From Narcine bancroftii (lineage: Eukaryota), in the NCBI RefSeq assembly GCF_036971445.1, contig NC_091473.1:36332001-36396000 (forward strand): DNA of 64,000 bases, read 5' to 3'. The notes under the pieces were generated by a model that worked only from the letters and a program-made list of their open reading frames with translations, was not told the DNA's origin and did not search any database. Positions within the stretch are counted from its first letter, which is position 1. Each line of letters opens with the position of its first letter. Positions 60,421-64,000 of this stretch are shown here, one piece after another. A program made the translations under genes and the position numbers.

Positions 60421-62904
60421 TGATGGGTTATAACCAGTTGTCAAGTTCATCATGAATTTTACAGCAGTAGAGATGAACATGCTTTTATGACTTAGGGGTG
60501 AGTTAAATGGTTGGATTAGAGAGGATGAAATTAAAAGTGTCGAGTATACATAATGCATGCCAGATCCTCCATTGTTCAGACAGTTGGATGTGTAAAGTAC
60601 AAGATTTCAGTTGGAAATAAATAACCATTCTGCAAGAGGCTATGTAAGGACTCCAATTCTGATAGATTAATTGTAACCGACTAAAATTGTGGCTGAACTG
60701 GTATCACAGTTCTTTTCTAGAATGTAATTTAAAATTCATTTTTTTTTTGGATGATCTATTAATAAAGGGTTGTATTGTTTCTTAAGCCTTTGTTCAAAGA
60801 TTGCAATTTTCCTCCGTTTCATAATTTGAGAAATCCTTGATCATGTGAGCTTTGTTAGATTACATTAGAATTTAATGGTTTGGTCGTGGGAAAAAAAATT
60901 ATGTTCATGATAAATTACTTCTCAGGACTGGGTAATCGACTGACCATCCACTCTCAGTACTGGATATGGTTTAAGTATAAATGCCAAATCTGAGTTAAAT
61001 TAGATTCTGTCCAATCTTGAGTTGTGGACAATTACCTGAATGGATTGTGGTTGACACCTTAACCAAGGGGAACAAAAACTAATATATTAATTTTCTTAAT
61101 TTTGTAACATGGTGAGATGGTGCTTAGACCGATACTGTGAAATTTCTCAATTCCTTTTTTTCTGTTGCTTGGTTCAAGGCTTAAAAGGTGCTTTGGGAAT
61201 CAGAGTGGAGTAATTAAAGAATCACGAGACACATCCAGTTCTTTGAAGCCTGGTGTTCTCTTGGCATTGCTTGTGTTTGAACTCCATTTCAGCAAGTCTG
61301 CTGGATTTTATTTTTGTTTATTGTTGGAATCTTTAAACAATAAAATTGTCCATATTACCCTTAAATTCAGTTTGTTAGCATTGATCAAAATCCACTTAAA
61401 TACTGCAGTAAATATTTGTAAACTACCAGTACTTCTCATTCTTTTTCCAGCTCCATTTCCTTGCCTCATCCAAAGAAGGTTATCAAGGCCATTAGTATCA
61501 TGGCTTAATTCTTCATGCATGGTTAAAAAATGCCATCTATGTTTGTGATGCTGTCAGTTGCATTATTGTTGGGTTCAAAAGTGACTGACCATATTAATTC
61601 CATGAGTGTGCTTTTCTAACATTAGGTAGCTATCAGAAATTTGACTTTTATCCCTTCTGAATTCTTGTTACTGTGCCAAGCTATTAAGGGCCATTTCAAT
61701 CTGACTGACATCACCTGAAAATCAATTAACCATTTTTTTTGAGCTACGCATAAGGCAGTAACATTAAAAAGTTGAAACACCAAATTGCTTTATTGTGAAA
61801 GGCAAGGATGGAGCTTGACAATGTAAGAAATCTCACTGTCATGAATATTTCATCATTGAAGAATAACTGTGTTTGGGACTATAAATAGTCTGTATGTACA
61901 ATTTTGACTTCATCTCTGTTCAGTATAGAGTTAGACAGTTCAAAGGAATTTCACCTCACCTTTGTTTCTCATTTGTGACACATCAAGGGAGCACTGAGGC
62001 TATGATTTCCTGGAAAGTGATCTGGAAACATGCTGGACTGACTGCACTGCAAGGATTCGTTAAGGAATTAATGCGTAACTAAATTTTCCTGGTTTTGCTG
62101 AGAGCAAAGTGTGCAAATTTTTTCATGAATTTGTTGCCCCAGAGAGGTGTCTGCTGAATCCCTCTCCCACTCAGTTACAACCTCTCACCACCCCATGCTT
62201 GGTACCTTTTAGCTAGTTTTCAGAATGGATGCAAACATTGTATTGGCAGGCAGATACTTTGGCTGTGTATATGTCTTTGGGAAGTCCCCTGTATTTTGAA
62301 GATTATCGGTGAACAATAGAGGCTGAAAATTTTAAAATGAGTGTATGAGAGTTGTGTGATACTATTTAATAAAAAAATGGTGTATGGTCTTCAATAGCAA
62401 TGAAAATAAATCGGGTTTCAGGAGGTGGGTGGGGGTGGGGGGGGAGTCAATAGTGTGACAGATTGTGGCCACTCTCTTCTGATTTGTCCAGTGAAGCTTT
62501 CCAGGTCTTGGAACTTGTATTAAATTAATGGGCAACAACTTGCATTGTTATAATTTGATTTGTTTGTCGAGAATTGTGATCATTCACAATATAGAAAGGT
62601 TGAAGTTGATGGGAATTCACCTTGTGGCAGGACAAACACAAGGCCTGTAAGTTCAGGTCCTGCCAATGATGCAGGAAATGGCCAGGCAGGTGTCAGCTGA
62701 CCTTTGAAGTGGAGGACTAATACACAAGCACAATGAAGAGATTTGAGTTATTATCATATATCAAGGATCAACTTGCAGAGAACAGACTGGTTGGAAACAC
62801 AAAATCAAACAGAGGCAAGTACCTTATAAACAAAAACTGCCCATACTTTATTCCAAGTGGAATGCGAAAGGATTGAGATAAAGGCAAGCTCTAATAAAAT
62901 GACT

Positions 62905-63025
62905 ACCCACCCTGCCCTGCATCTGTTTGACCTACTATCCTCTGGCAAACGCTACAGATCAATTAAGGCAAGAACAAACAGACTGAGAAACAGCTTTTTC
63001 CCCCAGGCTGTCACATACTGAACAC
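62905..63025 (+). mobile_element. Rex1/Babar 3' coding fragment
   Basis: LFDLLSSGKRYRSIKARTNRLRNSFFPQAV. Confidence 0.75.
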
Positions 63026-63186
63026 TCATATCCACAAATTCCCCTCTCTGTCCTCCACATCTACCATACATACAGCCGACACCCCCCCTCCATTCACATA
63101 AAGGACATATACGTCACTGTAAATTAATTTTTTTTTAAACTTGTGTGGTGCTGCCTGTGGTTGCGTCGCTGCATTGGTAACCTTGT

Positions 63187-64000
63187 TCTTCTTTGGCTTG
63201 GCTTCGCGGACGAAGATTTATGGAGGGGGTAAAAGTCCACGTCAGCTGCAGGCTCGTTTGTGGCTGACAAGTCCGATGCGGGACAGGCAGACACGGTTGC
63301 AGCGGCTGCAGGGGAAAATTGGTTGGTTGGGGTTGGGTGTTGGGTTTTTCCTCCTTTGCCTTTTGTCAGTGAGGTGGGCTCTGCGGTCTTCTTCAAAGGA
63401 GGTTGCTGCCTGCCAAACTGTGAGGCGCCAAGATGCACGGTTATCAGCCCACTGGCGGTGGTCAATGTGGCAGGCAACAAGAGATTTCTTTAGGCAGTCC
63501 TTGTACCTTTTCTTTGGTGCACCTCTGTCACGGTGGCCAGTGGAGAGCTCGCCATATAACACGATCTTGGGAAGGCGATGGTCCTCCATTCTGGAGACGT
63601 GACCCATCCAGCGCAGCTGGATCTTAAGCAGCGTGGACTCGATGCTGTCGACCTCTGCCATCTCGAGTACTTCGACGTTAGGGATGAAAGCGCTCCAATG
63701 GATGTTGAGGATGGAGCGGAGACAACGCTGGTGGAAGCGTTCTAGGAGCCGTAGGTGATGCCGGTAGAGGACCCATGATTCGGAGCCGAACAGGAGTGTG
63801 GGTATGACAACGGCTCTGTATACGCTTATCTTTGTGAGGTTTTTCAGTTGGTTGTTTTTCCAGACTCTTTTGTGTAGTCTTCCAAAGGCGCTATTTGCCT
63901 TGGCGAGTCTGTTGTCTATCTCATTGTCGATCCTTGCATCTGATGAAATGGTGCAGCCGAGATAGGTAAACTGGTTGACCGTTTTGAGTTTTGTGTGCCC
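63187..64000 (-). mobile_element. Young RTE LINE running off the window end
   Basis: Same C-terminal ORF and tail as 44979-45563, with a 9-nt in-frame deletion; upstream VNQFTYLG, TLLFGSESW. Confidence 0.95.

Noticed and set aside
1-64000. CRISPR array, retron, operon or other prokaryotic or viral system
   Set aside because: No regularly spaced direct repeats and no gene-dense regions; all RT fragments belong to eukaryotic non-LTR or Penelope clades

Overview
AT-rich eukaryotic (vertebrate) non-coding DNA, probably a large intron or intergenic region. The repeat set (V-SINEs with CR1 tails, L1/Tx1, CR1, Rex/Babar, RTE, Penelope and Penelope-terminus palindromes) suggests a cartilaginous fish, probably a skate or ray (inference). 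I recognise no intact host gene, rRNA, tRNA or CRISPR array, and nearly all protein-like ORFs in the track are decayed transposon fragments. Well-resolved elements: a 1.96-kb PIF/Harbinger with perfect TIRs, TAA TSD and an intron-split transposase; a full-span L1/Tx1 with a 12-bp TSD nested in a Rex/Babar LINE; two more L1s; a Tigger3-like pogo element; a hAT element carrying CpG-rich cargo inserted in an RTE; several young RTE copies; and a Penelope element. The most interesting signals are hammerhead-ribozyme-like cores in Penelope termini and derived hairpin elements, the single-gene intron-bearing Harbinger, cargo-carrying non-autonomous DNA transposons and one candidate host exon. I cannot support a wholly new biological system from sequence alone. 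Coordinates of degraded repeats are approximate.
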